A stretch of 64,000 nucleotides of DNA from NCBI GenBank assembly GCA_036337945.1, contig JAYZDF010000062.1, forward strand, positions 29,998-93,997. The letters are read 5' to 3'. Of the stretch, positions 20,465-30,159 are shown in pieces (position 1 is the stretch's first letter; each line of letters opens with the position of its first letter). This DNA is from Myxococcota bacterium. GTDB taxonomy: Bacteria; Myxococcota; Kuafuiibacteriia; Kuafuiibacteriales; Kuafuiibacteriaceae. The notes under the pieces were generated by a model, which made no database searches, had not been told where the DNA came from, and saw only the letters and a program-made list of their open reading frames with translations. The translations under genes and the position numbers were made by a program.

Positions 20465-21892
20465 ATGAATGCAGATGCGGGAACAAAAAGGGGAATATAT
20501 CAGGTGGAATTGGCCGAAAATCAGCCCAATTGGATCCAACTTAAAGACGCTCTTGCTCGTCGACTTAGCCCACAGGTTTGGGCCACATGGATCAATCAAA
20601 TCAAGTGCCTGGAAGATAATGGAAAAACCCTCAGGATCGGGCTACCTGACACATTCAGTCTGAATTGGGTGAAAGATCACTATCGTCACGTCATTGAAGA
20701 AGAACTTCAAAGTATCGGAAGCATCGACCTTCTCTTCGACCTTCACGAAGTAGAAAAGGAGAAAGAACCCGAACCTTCTGAAGCCCCAAGCAAAGTCGAA
20801 GAAGCCTTACCTATTCCCGAACCAGTAGAAGAAGCACGACCGACATCTTTTCGAAGTAATATTCCAACGCCTTCTCGTCCCCAACTGAACCCTCGATACA
20901 TTTTTTCCAATTTTGTTGTCGGGTCCTCGAACGAACTCGCGTGGTCTGCGGCCCAGGCTATCGCCGAAAACGACCGCCCACCATACAATCCGCTGGTCAT
21001 CGTGGGTGGAGTAGGGTTGGGTAAGACCCATCTTTTGCACGCCATTGGGCACATTTTCCAAAAGAAACGCCCTCAGGCTAAAATTCAGCTCAAAACCAGT
21101 GAAGCCTTCATCAATGATGTCGTTACCGGAATCCAAGAGCATCGTATGCCGCAGGTCCGCTCTCGATATCGCAACTGTGACCTTCTTCTTATCGACGATA
21201 TTCAGTTTATTTCTGGAAAAGGACACTGTCAGGAAGAGTTCTTCCATACTTTCAACGCCCTCTACGACGCTCAGAAACAAATTGTCGTTACCTCGGATCG
21301 TATGCCGCATGAAATCGCAGACATAGAGCAGAGAGTCCGTTCGCGTTTCGCGTGGGGGCTCATTGCCGACCTAAAACTCCCTGAATTGGAAACACGAATC
21401 GCAATCATCCAACAAAAAGCCGCCAACGAAGGGCTTGAACTTGATGAAAGCGTAGCAAAATTCCTGGCGCAGTCCGTTCGGTCCAACACAAGAGAGCTGG
21501 AAGGCTGTATAAACCGCGTTCACGCCATCGCTTCTCTGCGAAAAACCCCTATTACTGTGAGTCTCACCAAAGAGGTCCTGCAGGGTATTATTAGTGACAA
21601 AAGCCAGGCCCTTACCTGCGACAGTATTGTTCGCGCCGTTGCTGCACACTTCGAGATCCGAATATCTGAACTGAAATCGACAAAACGCGCTCGAAATATA
21701 GCGTTTCCCCGGCAAATCGCGATGTATTTATGCCGAAATCATACCAGCGCGTCTTATCCAGACATTGGAAACGCCCTTGGCGGCAAAGATCACAGCACAG
21801 CCATCAACGCCGTGAAGAAGATTACTGAAAAAATTACCGAACCCGATGTGCGAAACCACATCGAAGAAATCGAAAGACAATTGCTCGATTAG
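20465..21892 (+). CDS. dnaA: chromosomal replication initiator DnaA (start taken at MNADAG rather than the upstream ORF start 20354)
   Basis: AAA+ Walker A GGVGLGKTHLLHAIG, sensor motifs, C-terminal DNA-binding domain (KRARNIAFPRQIAMYLCR...STAINAVKKI). Confidence 0.95.
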   Translation: MNADAGTKRGIYQVELAENQPNWIQLKDALARRLSPQVWATWINQIKCLEDNGKTLRIGLPDTFSLNWVKDHYRHVIEEELQSIGSIDLLFDLHEVEKEKEPEPSEAPSKVEEALPIPEPVEEARPTSFRSNIPTPSRPQLNPRYIFSNFVVGSSNELAWSAAQAIAENDRPPYNPLVIVGGVGLGKTHLLHAIGHIFQKKRPQAKIQLKTSEAFINDVVTGIQEHRMPQVRSRYRNCDLLLIDDIQFISGKGHCQEEFFHTFNALYDAQKQIVVTSDRMPHEIADIEQRVRSRFAWGLIADLKLPELETRIAIIQQKAANEGLELDESVAKFLAQSVRSNTRELEGCINRVHAIASLRKTPITVSLTKEVLQGIISDKSQALTCDSIVRAVAAHFEIRISELKSTKRARNIAFPRQIAMYLCRNHTSASYPDIGNALGGKDHSTAINAVKKITEKITEPDVRNHIEEIERQLLD

Positions 21893-22159
21893 AGCCACAG
21901 AGTATTGAAGAGAATTAACCACATGATGTTGTGTGTAACAGCCAAAAGAGCGTCTATAACTTGTGTACAGAGTTGTGATATGCGTGTGGAAAAGAAACGT
22001 GACGAGTTGTACACAATTTATCCAACTTTAATTCACAGTGAAGGGTTGTCTATGATCGAGAATCAAAACAAGGATTTACAAAAGTTATCCACAATTCACA
22101 GCCCCTACTACTACGATCAGTTTATTTAAAATACAGAACAGACTAGGACACAGAAAAAT
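21893..22159. other. oriC: putative oriC: dnaA-dnaN spacer with DnaA boxes and an AT-rich unwinding region
   Basis: Perfect TTATCCACA at 22083-22091; one- or two-mismatch boxes TTAACCACA, TGTGGAAAA and TTATCCAAC; AATTCACAG repeated twice; inverted repeat TTGTGTACA...TGTACACAA; AT-rich tract just upstream of dnaN. Confidence 0.6.
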
Positions 22160-23269
22160 ATGGAATTTAGCATCCCAGTCCAAGAACTCGCAAAGGCTCT
22201 CCAACGCGTTCAAGGAATCATCGAAAAGAAAACCACCATGCCAATTTTGGCAAACGTACTTCTTGAAGCATCGAAGGATGGTTTTTTAAGTGTAGCAGCT
22301 ACCAATCTTGAGATTGGCCTCACTGGAAAATACGCCTGTGACGTTGCTCAAGAAGGTTCGATTACTCTTTCGGGTCGTTCACTGTTCGATATTGTCCGTG
22401 CGCTTCCTAAGAAAATCGCAACACTAAAAAAAGTGAATAATGATTGGGTAGAAATTAGTTGTGGGAAAGTAAACTATCGTGTGGTCGGGATGTCTGCAGA
22501 GGGATATCCAACCTTACCAAGCTTTAGTGATGTTGAATATTTTTCACTGAGCAGTGATGCGTTCAAAGCGATGATTGATAAAACGCTCTACTCAGTTTGT
22601 ACGGACGAAACACGATACAATCTAACCGGAATTTACTGTGAAGCCTTGGCGGATGGAGATGGCATTCGTATGGTCTCAACGGATGGTCATAGACTATCGA
22701 TTGTCGAACAAAATACAAAAGATCAACCGCTTATAAAGAAAGGTATTATCATCCCTAGAAAAGGGATGATCGAATTAAGACGTCTTTTGGATGATGGTGA
22801 AAGTACCGGACAACTAGGCTTCAAAGACAATAGTGCTATCTTCGAAAAAGATGGACTCACACTCACTATGCAGCTCATTGAAGGCGAGTTTCCAGATTAT
22901 AAGCAGGTTATTCCTCAATCTTGCACTAAGAAAGTTATCGTCAATCGTGAGCTCTTCCAGTCTGCTCTCAAGAGAACTTCACTACTTTCACCAGATAAAG
23001 CCCAAGGAGTTCGACTTGACCTCTCAAATGGCAATTTAGCGCTCTCTGCTCATAATCCCGACGTTGGTGAAGCAAAAGAAGATATCGAAATTTCTTATGA
23101 TGGTGAAGAACTAAAAATTGGGTTCAACTACCGCTATATTTCTGATGTTTTACATGCACTCAACCACGAAGAAGTTGAATTACAACTCTCCGACTCTCTT
23201 TCTCCAGGTGTCATCATTGGCGCTGGTACTGAAGACTATCGCGCCATAATTATGCCGATGCGATTATAA
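22160..23269 (+). CDS. dnaN: DNA polymerase III beta sliding clamp
   Basis: 369 aa; MEFSIPVQELAKALQRVQGIIEKKTTMPILANVLLEA N-terminus; three-domain clamp length; C-terminal IIMPMRL. Confidence 0.95.
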   Translation: MEFSIPVQELAKALQRVQGIIEKKTTMPILANVLLEASKDGFLSVAATNLEIGLTGKYACDVAQEGSITLSGRSLFDIVRALPKKIATLKKVNNDWVEISCGKVNYRVVGMSAEGYPTLPSFSDVEYFSLSSDAFKAMIDKTLYSVCTDETRYNLTGIYCEALADGDGIRMVSTDGHRLSIVEQNTKDQPLIKKGIIIPRKGMIELRRLLDDGESTGQLGFKDNSAIFEKDGLTLTMQLIEGEFPDYKQVIPQSCTKKVIVNRELFQSALKRTSLLSPDKAQGVRLDLSNGNLALSAHNPDVGEAKEDIEISYDGEELKIGFNYRYISDVLHALNHEEVELQLSDSLSPGVIIGAGTEDYRAIIMPMRL

Positions 23270-23289
23270 TCTTTTTCTAAGTAATCACG

Positions 23290-24411
23290 ATGCGCATCTT
23301 GTCCGCGCAGATCTCTAATTTTCGAAATATAGAATCTGCAAAGCTAGAATTTTCCCCCGGCGTCAACGCTTTGATAGGCCCCAATGGTCAAGGGAAGACC
23401 AACGCTTTGGAGGCGCTTTATTGCATTGCTGCCTTGAGACCATTGAGAAATGTAACTCGTGCCAATCTTGTCCAGACCGGACACAAGGTCGCAAATATAA
23501 AGGTAGACGTCTCCGTCAAAGCCACAGGCCTAGAGCATGAATTGCAGCAAACTCTTACCTCAAGTAGTCGTAAACTTAGAAAAGACGGAAAGACGACCGA
23601 TGCAAATAATATCCTAGGCACGCTCACCGCTGTTGCCTTCACGCCTGATGACCTTGAAATATCGAAAGGCAGTCCGGACTTACGAAGAAAATTTATAGAC
23701 CGTGCTATCCTCAACACTCGGCCGGCCTATCTCGAGACCGCGCTCACCTATAGTCGAGCAGTTAAATCGCGAAACAAACTCTTATCAGACGATGGTGACG
23801 AGATACTCTTGGATGCCTATGATGAAACCGTGGCTAAAGCTGGCGCTGAAATCGTTCATGCCCGGAAAAATTACTGTTTAGAATTCACTCCCGACGTTGT
23901 CAGATTTTTTGAGGAAATCGCCCGACCTTGCCCAGAAATAACAATTAATTATTCTTCAACGATTGACGAGATCATCGAACTTGAGTCCCTTGATAAAACG
24001 ACCGAAAATTTCATTGAGCTTTTGTATAATCGTCGTCAAAAAGACCGGTGGCGAAAATCAACCACGCGCGGTCCGCATCTAGACGACCTAAAGATTCAAT
24101 TCGATGGTGTTGCTGCCAAAACTCGTGCCTCTCAGGGCCAACACCGAGCGTTGGTTTTGGCGATAAAGCTCGCTGAAATTGTTCATCTAGAGAGGAGTCT
24201 TGAGGAGCCACCTGTTTTATTACTCGATGATATTTCCTCGGAGCTTGATGCTATTCGCTCTGAACAGCTTTTTGCCCAATTGAGTGATATAGATGCTCAA
24301 GTGATCTTGACGACCACCCACGAATCCCAAATTCCAAAGTCGCTCCGTGATTCACTCGAGCCCACAAGAATTTATGATGTTCATTCTGGGAAGTTGTCTC
24401 CTCGAGCTTGA
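23290..24411 (+). CDS. recF: DNA replication and repair protein RecF
   Basis: Walker A GPNGQGKTN; signature/Walker B LLLDDISSELD; 373 aa. Confidence 0.9.
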   Translation: MRILSAQISNFRNIESAKLEFSPGVNALIGPNGQGKTNALEALYCIAALRPLRNVTRANLVQTGHKVANIKVDVSVKATGLEHELQQTLTSSSRKLRKDGKTTDANNILGTLTAVAFTPDDLEISKGSPDLRRKFIDRAILNTRPAYLETALTYSRAVKSRNKLLSDDGDEILLDAYDETVAKAGAEIVHARKNYCLEFTPDVVRFFEEIARPCPEITINYSSTIDEIIELESLDKTTENFIELLYNRRQKDRWRKSTTRGPHLDDLKIQFDGVAAKTRASQGQHRALVLAIKLAEIVHLERSLEEPPVLLLDDISSELDAIRSEQLFAQLSDIDAQVILTTTHESQIPKSLRDSLEPTRIYDVHSGKLSPRA

Positions 24412-24443
24412 CCATCCAAAGTGAGCATTGTTAGCGAGTCATT

Positions 24444-25418
24444 ATGGCGATCGATCGCGATAAAATTAGTGCCTTTGCTAGTCAAAAAGGTTTTTTTGGT
24501 TTTGAAGCTTCTGACTTTGACGCGTACGAGCCAAAAAAATGGTCATCAAACGCGTATACCTTGGCTCGTCGGACGGCGAAGGATAAGGTTCTTTCTGTAG
24601 CCGCGACAGTTCTGTCTGAACTTGCAAGTCATCTTGAAGGGCTCGAACTTTTCGGATCGGATGAAGCCCCAACTATTTCTAATGGACGAAAGGTTGAAGC
24701 TCAGTGGGCGTTCTTTATTCGTACATCAAACGATCGCAATATTTTGAAACCTAGATTGCAAAAAACTGATTTAGGAGCGGCTTCTCTTTTTGATATTGCA
24801 TTACAAAACCAACACATCTCTGTAAGTATCAAACTCGATCATGGTGGTGTTACCATCGGAGTAGATATACCTTCTAAAGCCACCGTCGATCGCGAGAACT
24901 TTCAGCTCGCACTCGAAGATGAATCTTTTCAAGAAGCTTTTTTGGCTTCTCTTCAACTTTTACCTGGGGGCTCAACCATAGGCTTTGAAGAAGACAGAAT
25001 AGACTGTTTATCCCTGGATACAAGCCATTTGGCCAAATTTGGTGAAATGCTCAATACGAGCGAAACGCCATTTTCAATTCAAAATCATATAAACGTTGAT
25101 GAGGCGATAGAAGTTAAAGAAGCTCTCTCCTTCAGTATCGCTGACGCTGTCGAAAAGCTTATTCCTTTGTATCGACAAATGGCTTGGTCGCCAGAACACG
25201 ATCGTATTCAACTTCAAAAACAGATCAAAAAAGTTGAGAAGACAAAAGAGAAAGAACACGTTGCTTCTTTTCAGGTAGGTGAACGAGTAACAATTATGTC
25301 TGGATTGTTCGCTGGCCGGGTTGGATATCTTCACGAGATTAACGATTCAGGAAAAGCAAAAGTGATGGTCGGACCCATTGCTGTAAACGTTGATGCCAAA
25401 GATCTCAAAGGCAATTGA
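24444..25418 (+). CDS. hypothetical protein with C-terminal KOW-like motif
   Basis: C-terminus FQVGERVTIMSGLFAGRVGYLHEINDSGKAKVMVGPIAVNVDAKDLK resembles a NusG-type KOW; the rest is unrecognised. It sits where gyrB usually follows recF. Confidence 0.5.
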   Translation: MAIDRDKISAFASQKGFFGFEASDFDAYEPKKWSSNAYTLARRTAKDKVLSVAATVLSELASHLEGLELFGSDEAPTISNGRKVEAQWAFFIRTSNDRNILKPRLQKTDLGAASLFDIALQNQHISVSIKLDHGGVTIGVDIPSKATVDRENFQLALEDESFQEAFLASLQLLPGGSTIGFEEDRIDCLSLDTSHLAKFGEMLNTSETPFSIQNHINVDEAIEVKEALSFSIADAVEKLIPLYRQMAWSPEHDRIQLQKQIKKVEKTKEKEHVASFQVGERVTIMSGLFAGRVGYLHEINDSGKAKVMVGPIAVNVDAKDLKGN

Positions 25419-25436
25419 TGCTCTCGGTAGTGTAAT

Positions 25437-25682
25437 ATGAGCGACAAAACTTCTTTCTCTAGCAGGTTTCAAACCTTACTGACTCAGTCGGCTTTATCCG
25501 CCTCCGTCGGTGCGGCTTTAGGATTTCTTTATGTCCAATTTAATCTCCCGCCAGAATTGATTGCGACGAAGAAGCTTATTACCGGGGGTTACGCACTCGC
25601 CGGGGCTGCTGCAGGGGTAGTAACCCTTAGGTTGGCATTGATTGGCCGTGAAATCCTGAACGATTATCGTCAAGGTTCCTAA
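25437..25682 (+). CDS. small membrane protein (81 aa)
   Basis: Two hydrophobic segments (ALSASVGAALGFLYV, GGYALAGAAAGVVTLRLALIG). Confidence 0.35.
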   Translation: MSDKTSFSSRFQTLLTQSALSASVGAALGFLYVQFNLPPELIATKKLITGGYALAGAAAGVVTLRLALIGREILNDYRQGS

Positions 25683-25740
25683 TTGTTATCTTACATGGAC
25701 AGTTTTTTGACTACAGTGTCATACATGTCACACTAGGAGC

Positions 25741-26172
25741 ATGAGCAAAGAGCAAAGTGGAGATCAATTTTCTCCAGAAAGCCTAAATCATAGTTCAATT
25801 CCACCGACCAAAGATAGCCGAAACGAAAGACGTTCGGAGCGAAGAATTAATCTTGATTTTGAGACCGCGGTGCCTGTGCTTGTTCGAAATGACGAGCAGA
25901 TGTACTGGGGTCTCGCCCGCAATATATCTGAACACGGGATGCTTATTCAGATGCAAAATCCACCGCCGATGGGTACGCAGGTCGACGTCACTTTGACTGG
26001 AATTAGAGGGATAGGTCACGACGATGACGCTTTTGAACTTACGGGCGAAGTTCGTCACCATCTCGCGTGGAATTACCACGCTAAGGGTGTCAAAAAAGCT
26101 GTCACCGCCGTGGGTGTCCGATTTTGTCGTCGGATGAATCCATTCAACCCTGAACGGGGATGGATTCACTAG
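25741..26172 (+). CDS. PilZ domain protein (putative c-di-GMP binding)
   Basis: RRSERRINLDF (RxxxR) and GLARNISEHGMLIQ (DxSxxG-like) motifs with the correct spacing. Confidence 0.65.
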   Translation: MSKEQSGDQFSPESLNHSSIPPTKDSRNERRSERRINLDFETAVPVLVRNDEQMYWGLARNISEHGMLIQMQNPPPMGTQVDVTLTGIRGIGHDDDAFELTGEVRHHLAWNYHAKGVKKAVTAVGVRFCRRMNPFNPERGWIH

Positions 26173-26187
26173 TTCAGTGTTCGCGTT

Positions 26188-26667
26188 TTAGACTCGAATT
26201 GCCGCAGCGAATCGATTTGGGTCAGCTTTGAATGCTGCCAGTTCTATGCCCGGCCGAGCCTGAATATGCGCACTCATTAGAGCTGTTTTAATCTGCTGAT
26301 TGAAATCCTGAGGGATACCAATCGCGCGTATTGGTTTTTGCGTAACCTGCGACGAACCGATGAGCGCTTGTGTCTGAGGATTCAAGCGCATGGAACCATT
26401 TCTAAAGGTATTTACGCCTTGAATATTGGCGATATGACTCTCGCCTCCAAGCTGCACCGGGAATGGAAAATCTCGCGAAGAATATCCGCGTTGTCCATTT
26501 TCGTTACTTTGCCCACGGGAACCGTGGACGATTTGATCGTGATTGAGACCTGCGACTTTCACCTGACTACCATGCCCCGCGTGAATGGCAGAGACTTCTT
26601 GCTCTGCCGGCGACGGCTTGGCTGGTTGAATCGGTCGAAAGGCAGGAATTTTATTCGCTGTGCCCAT
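26188..26667 (-). CDS. hypothetical Gln/Gly/Ser-rich protein
   Basis: 159-aa ORF with low-complexity composition and no clear motif. Confidence 0.4.
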   Translation of the reverse strand: MGTANKIPAFRPIQPAKPSPAEQEVSAIHAGHGSQVKVAGLNHDQIVHGSRGQSNENGQRGYSSRDFPFPVQLGGESHIANIQGVNTFRNGSMRLNPQTQALIGSSQVTQKPIRAIGIPQDFNQQIKTALMSAHIQARPGIELAAFKADPNRFAAAIRV

Positions 26668-26936
26668 GACCGTGTATGAAGCACAAGCTATGCCAACTCA
26701 GATCTCAGCGTATAACTCTACGACAACCACCGATCAGTGTGCACTCTTGCACCGAAACCGTTGCAATAAACCCGAAAATTGATTCGGGAAAGCACTAGTA
26801 TTGTGCACTCGTTTCACCGATGAACCATGTGACATTCCACAGAACGTCTTGACACGAGAAGACGTGCGTCTCAACCTGCCCAAAGTGCAGTCCGATAAAG
26901 ACCGCAACAACTAAGAAGGAATAAAAAGGACACTTT

Positions 26937-27155
26937 ATGCCAAAAGACGATCAAATAGAATGCGAAGGCACCATTAAGGAAGTTTTGCCAAACGGGATGT
27001 TTCGAGTGGAAATAGCGCCTGGTCAAAATGTACTCGCTTATGTTTCCGGAAAAATGCGAAAATTTTTCATCCGCATTGTTCTTGGAGACAAAGTAACTGT
27101 TGCCTTGTCTCCCTATGATCTGACTAAAGGCCGCATCGTTTATCGCGCGCGATAA
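26937..27155 (+). CDS. infA: translation initiation factor IF-1
   Basis: [72 protein letters not shown], near-identical in pattern to E. coli InfA. Confidence 0.95.
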   Translation: MPKDDQIECEGTIKEVLPNGMFRVEIAPGQNVLAYVSGKMRKFFIRIVLGDKVTVALSPYDLTKGRIVYRAR

Positions 27156-27159
27156 CCTT

Positions 27160-28347
27160 ATGTTCCTGCGCCAACCTGTGGCGCTCAAAAATAGCGCAAC
27201 TAAACTTGCAGCAATTTTTTTCGGACTCGTTAGCGTACATCTATCCTGCGCACACGGCACTTCAGCTGTTACCTCTGAGATATCAAAAAAAGCCCAAACT
27301 CGAACCAAATCGACTTCGCCGGTAGTCCTTTTATCCAAAGAGTTACCGAATTCGAGTAAAACTGAACTTATCCCTGACGTAATAAAGAAAGCCCAAACTG
27401 CTGAAGAGTGTTTTGCGCTCGGTCTCCAATTTGAGCGAAACCGAAACTACCGTTCGGCTACTCACGCTTATCGTTCCTCCCTAAATTTCGAACAAGATTT
27501 TCATCGCGCCCGAATAAATCTTGGACTTGTACTCGTCAGGCTTCAGTCTGCAGAGGAGGCCAAAAAACAGTGTCAGCGTGTAATTGATGCTGTTCCCGAT
27601 TCCGCTCTCGCTTGGTATTGTTTGGGACTCAGCCACTTTCATAAAAAAGAGTTTTCTGCAGCTCAAAAATCGTTTTCTCATTCTCTTGAACTTAGGACTC
27701 CCGCACCTGTTGTAAGGTTGCAGTTGGCTCGGTCTCATCTTGAACTTGGCCAAATTCAAAAAGGAATACAAGAGCTCTCGCTAACCTCAAGCGCGGCAAG
27801 AAATCGCCCCGAAATATTACTTCATATCGCAAAAGAATTTGAAGGTCTCAGCCGGATAGAGGACGCAGAAGCAACTTATCTTCTTACTCTCAAGCAATCC
27901 CCGAAAAATTATTTAGCCGCAATTAAACTCGCAAAACTATATAAAAAGTCGTCAAGTCCTCAGCGGGCTGAACCTTATTTTAAAAGAGCCATTGAGGTGC
28001 GACCAACTAGTGTTTCAGCCATTCTTGCTTACTTAGATTGGAGATTACGAAGCGCAATGGACCTAAAACCGGCCTTATTGCAAATCGACAAGATCACTAA
28101 GATCGACTTAAGGTACAAAGTAAAAGTAGCCTATTACTTTTGGGTCGATGGTCAGCACGACAAGGCGCTCACATTTGTCCGCTCAGCACTTGCTCAAAAA
28201 CCGAGCACCGGCCAGCAGATTGCTCTTGAAAATCTTAGACAAAGAATAATCCGTAAGGATGATCCGAAACTTTCAATTCCCTATTACTCACCTAAGCCCG
28301 TAACGCCCAAAAAGCGTTTGCCAAAGTCCCAAATTCCTGAAGAGTGA
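27160..28347 (+). CDS. secreted tetratricopeptide-repeat protein
   Basis: Signal-peptide-like N-terminus (LAAIFFGLVSVHLSCAHG) followed by multiple TPR-like helical repeats. Confidence 0.6.
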   Translation: MFLRQPVALKNSATKLAAIFFGLVSVHLSCAHGTSAVTSEISKKAQTRTKSTSPVVLLSKELPNSSKTELIPDVIKKAQTAEECFALGLQFERNRNYRSATHAYRSSLNFEQDFHRARINLGLVLVRLQSAEEAKKQCQRVIDAVPDSALAWYCLGLSHFHKKEFSAAQKSFSHSLELRTPAPVVRLQLARSHLELGQIQKGIQELSLTSSAARNRPEILLHIAKEFEGLSRIEDAEATYLLTLKQSPKNYLAAIKLAKLYKKSSSPQRAEPYFKRAIEVRPTSVSAILAYLDWRLRSAMDLKPALLQIDKITKIDLRYKVKVAYYFWVDGQHDKALTFVRSALAQKPSTGQQIALENLRQRIIRKDDPKLSIPYYSPKPVTPKKRLPKSQIPEE

Positions 28348-29164
28348 GCGTCTCGGCTCGCCGGCTAAGTTCTATTGGGCACGTATCCGCGACTCGTTGA
28401 ACTTGTTCTTTGTCAAAGGATGAAAGTAACGAATTTCTGAGCGTTTTTCTTCGCTGAGAAAAGGCTGCGCGAACGACCTTTTCAAAAAAGGGTTGATCTT
28501 CTACCGCAATCGGAAGGCTTTTGTTCCAATCAATATGAATGACGGAAGACCAAACTTTAGGTTTTGGCCAAAAGCAATCCGGAGGAACGTCGATAACTCG
28601 ATCTATCTCAGCATGCAGTTGAAAGAGAACGGTGAGCGACCCATACGTTTTCTGTTTTGGCTTCGCAAGTAGACGGTCAGCCACCTCTTTTTGAATCATC
28701 ACTGTTGTTCGGCCCAAAAAGTTTTTCTGCCGAAGAAAATTAAGAAGTAGAGGCGTTGTCACGCTGTAGGGAAGATTGCCAACCAATGCAAAGGGTCCTT
28801 GACCAATTCCGGCAAAAGAAAACTCTGTGGCATCCGCATGAATAATTTTCACCTTCTCAGCAAACTCTTTCTCGAGAATATTAACCAGGCCTCTATCAAT
28901 TTCGACAGCAACTATTTTTCGTTCGGAGGATGGGCCAGCGCTACTGAGTAGAGTTGCAGTGAGAGGGCCTAGACCAGGACCAATCTCAATAATTTGTTCT
29001 TCTCCACCAGCCAACGCAAACGACGCTATTTTCTGGATGACATTTTCATCGATCAAGAAACATTGCCCGAGTTGCTTCTGAGTCCGTAGCTCATGCTTTT
29101 CCATAAGCTCTTTCAGTCGACTCTTGATTGACATTAGTCGGCGACCTTCTGAGCCAGTGGCCAA
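28292..29164 (-). CDS. rsmA: 16S rRNA (adenine1518/1519-N6)-dimethyltransferase
   Basis: LGQCFLIDENVIQKI, EIGPGLGPLT and NLPY motifs. Confidence 0.9.
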   Translation of the reverse strand: MATGSEGRRLMSIKSRLKELMEKHELRTQKQLGQCFLIDENVIQKIASFALAGGEEQIIEIGPGLGPLTATLLSSAGPSSERKIVAVEIDRGLVNILEKEFAEKVKIIHADATEFSFAGIGQGPFALVGNLPYSVTTPLLLNFLRQKNFLGRTTVMIQKEVADRLLAKPKQKTYGSLTVLFQLHAEIDRVIDVPPDCFWPKPKVWSSVIHIDWNKSLPIAVEDQPFFEKVVRAAFSQRRKTLRNSLLSSFDKEQVQRVADTCPIELSRRAETLTLQEFGTLANAFWALRA

Positions 29165-30159
29165 TGAGAACGACAGCTCAAGGTCAAATCGACAAAATCA
29201 CCCTGCTTGAATCGCTGAAAACCAGCCCGCGCAATCATCGCTGCATTATCCGTGCAGTTTTTCTTTGAAGGAAGATAAAGATTATACTTCTCTCTTCGCG
29301 CTCTTTCCATCGCACGCTCGCGGAGTCGTGAATTGGCTGCTACGCCACCTACGAAGGCAAGTTCTTTAGTGTTCATTTTTACGCAGGCTCGGAAGGCCTT
29401 CCTGACCAAGTTTTCAACAATGGCGTTTTGAAAAGAAGCACAAAAGTCGCGGATTCCTTGTTCGTCTAGCTCGGATTCGTGTTCTTTGAGCACTCGAGCC
29501 GCTGCCGTCTTTAGTCCTGAAAATGAAAATTCTAAGTTATCTTTGCCAGGCATTGCCTGCGGAAAACTAAAGCGCTTCCGATCTCCTGAAGCAGAGAGCT
29601 GATCAATCTTTACGCCGCCTGGATATCCAAGGCCCAGAAGCTTTGCTGTTTTATCGAAAGCTTCGCCGGCCGCGTCATCTCGAGTAGCACCAAGTAATGT
29701 GTATTTCTCGCCTAAGGCGGGCACGTGAACCAAGCTTGTGTGACCGCCCGAAACAATGAGACTCACAAATGGTCCTTGAGGCGTTTTCTCTTCTAAAAAG
29801 GTAGCAGCGATGTGTCCTTCCAAATGGTGAATACCAATGAGCGGCTTTTTCGATGCGAGCGCTAATCCTTTTGCTGCTTCAACTCCGCACAAGAGTGAAC
29901 CGACCAAACCTGGTCCTGCGGTAACTGCTATAGCATCAATTTCAGAAAGTTCAGTACTTGCGGATTCGAGAGCATGTTTTATGACTTGAGAAACAATACG
30001 AACATGATCTCGCGATGCGAGCTCAGGAACTACACCTCCGTATTTTGAATGCAGATCAGCCTGTGAATGAACGATATTCGATCGCAGGGTCTTCCCATCA
30101 TGGTCGAGAACCGCTGCAGCCATTTCATCGCAAGACGATTCGATTCCGAGGATGAGCAC
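29134..30159 (-). CDS. tsaD: tRNA N6-adenosine threonylcarbamoyltransferase
   Basis: MLILGIESSCDE, HHLEGH metal-binding motif, 341 aa. Confidence 0.9.
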   Translation of the reverse strand: MLILGIESSCDEMAAAVLDHDGKTLRSNIVHSQADLHSKYGGVVPELASRDHVRIVSQVIKHALESASTELSEIDAIAVTAGPGLVGSLLCGVEAAKGLALASKKPLIGIHHLEGHIAATFLEEKTPQGPFVSLIVSGGHTSLVHVPALGEKYTLLGATRDDAAGEAFDKTAKLLGLGYPGGVKIDQLSASGDRKRFSFPQAMPGKDNLEFSFSGLKTAAARVLKEHESELDEQGIRDFCASFQNAIVENLVRKAFRACVKMNTKELAFVGGVAANSRLRERAMERARREKYNLYLPSKKNCTDNAAMIARAGFQRFKQGDFVDLTLSCRSHWPLAQKVAD

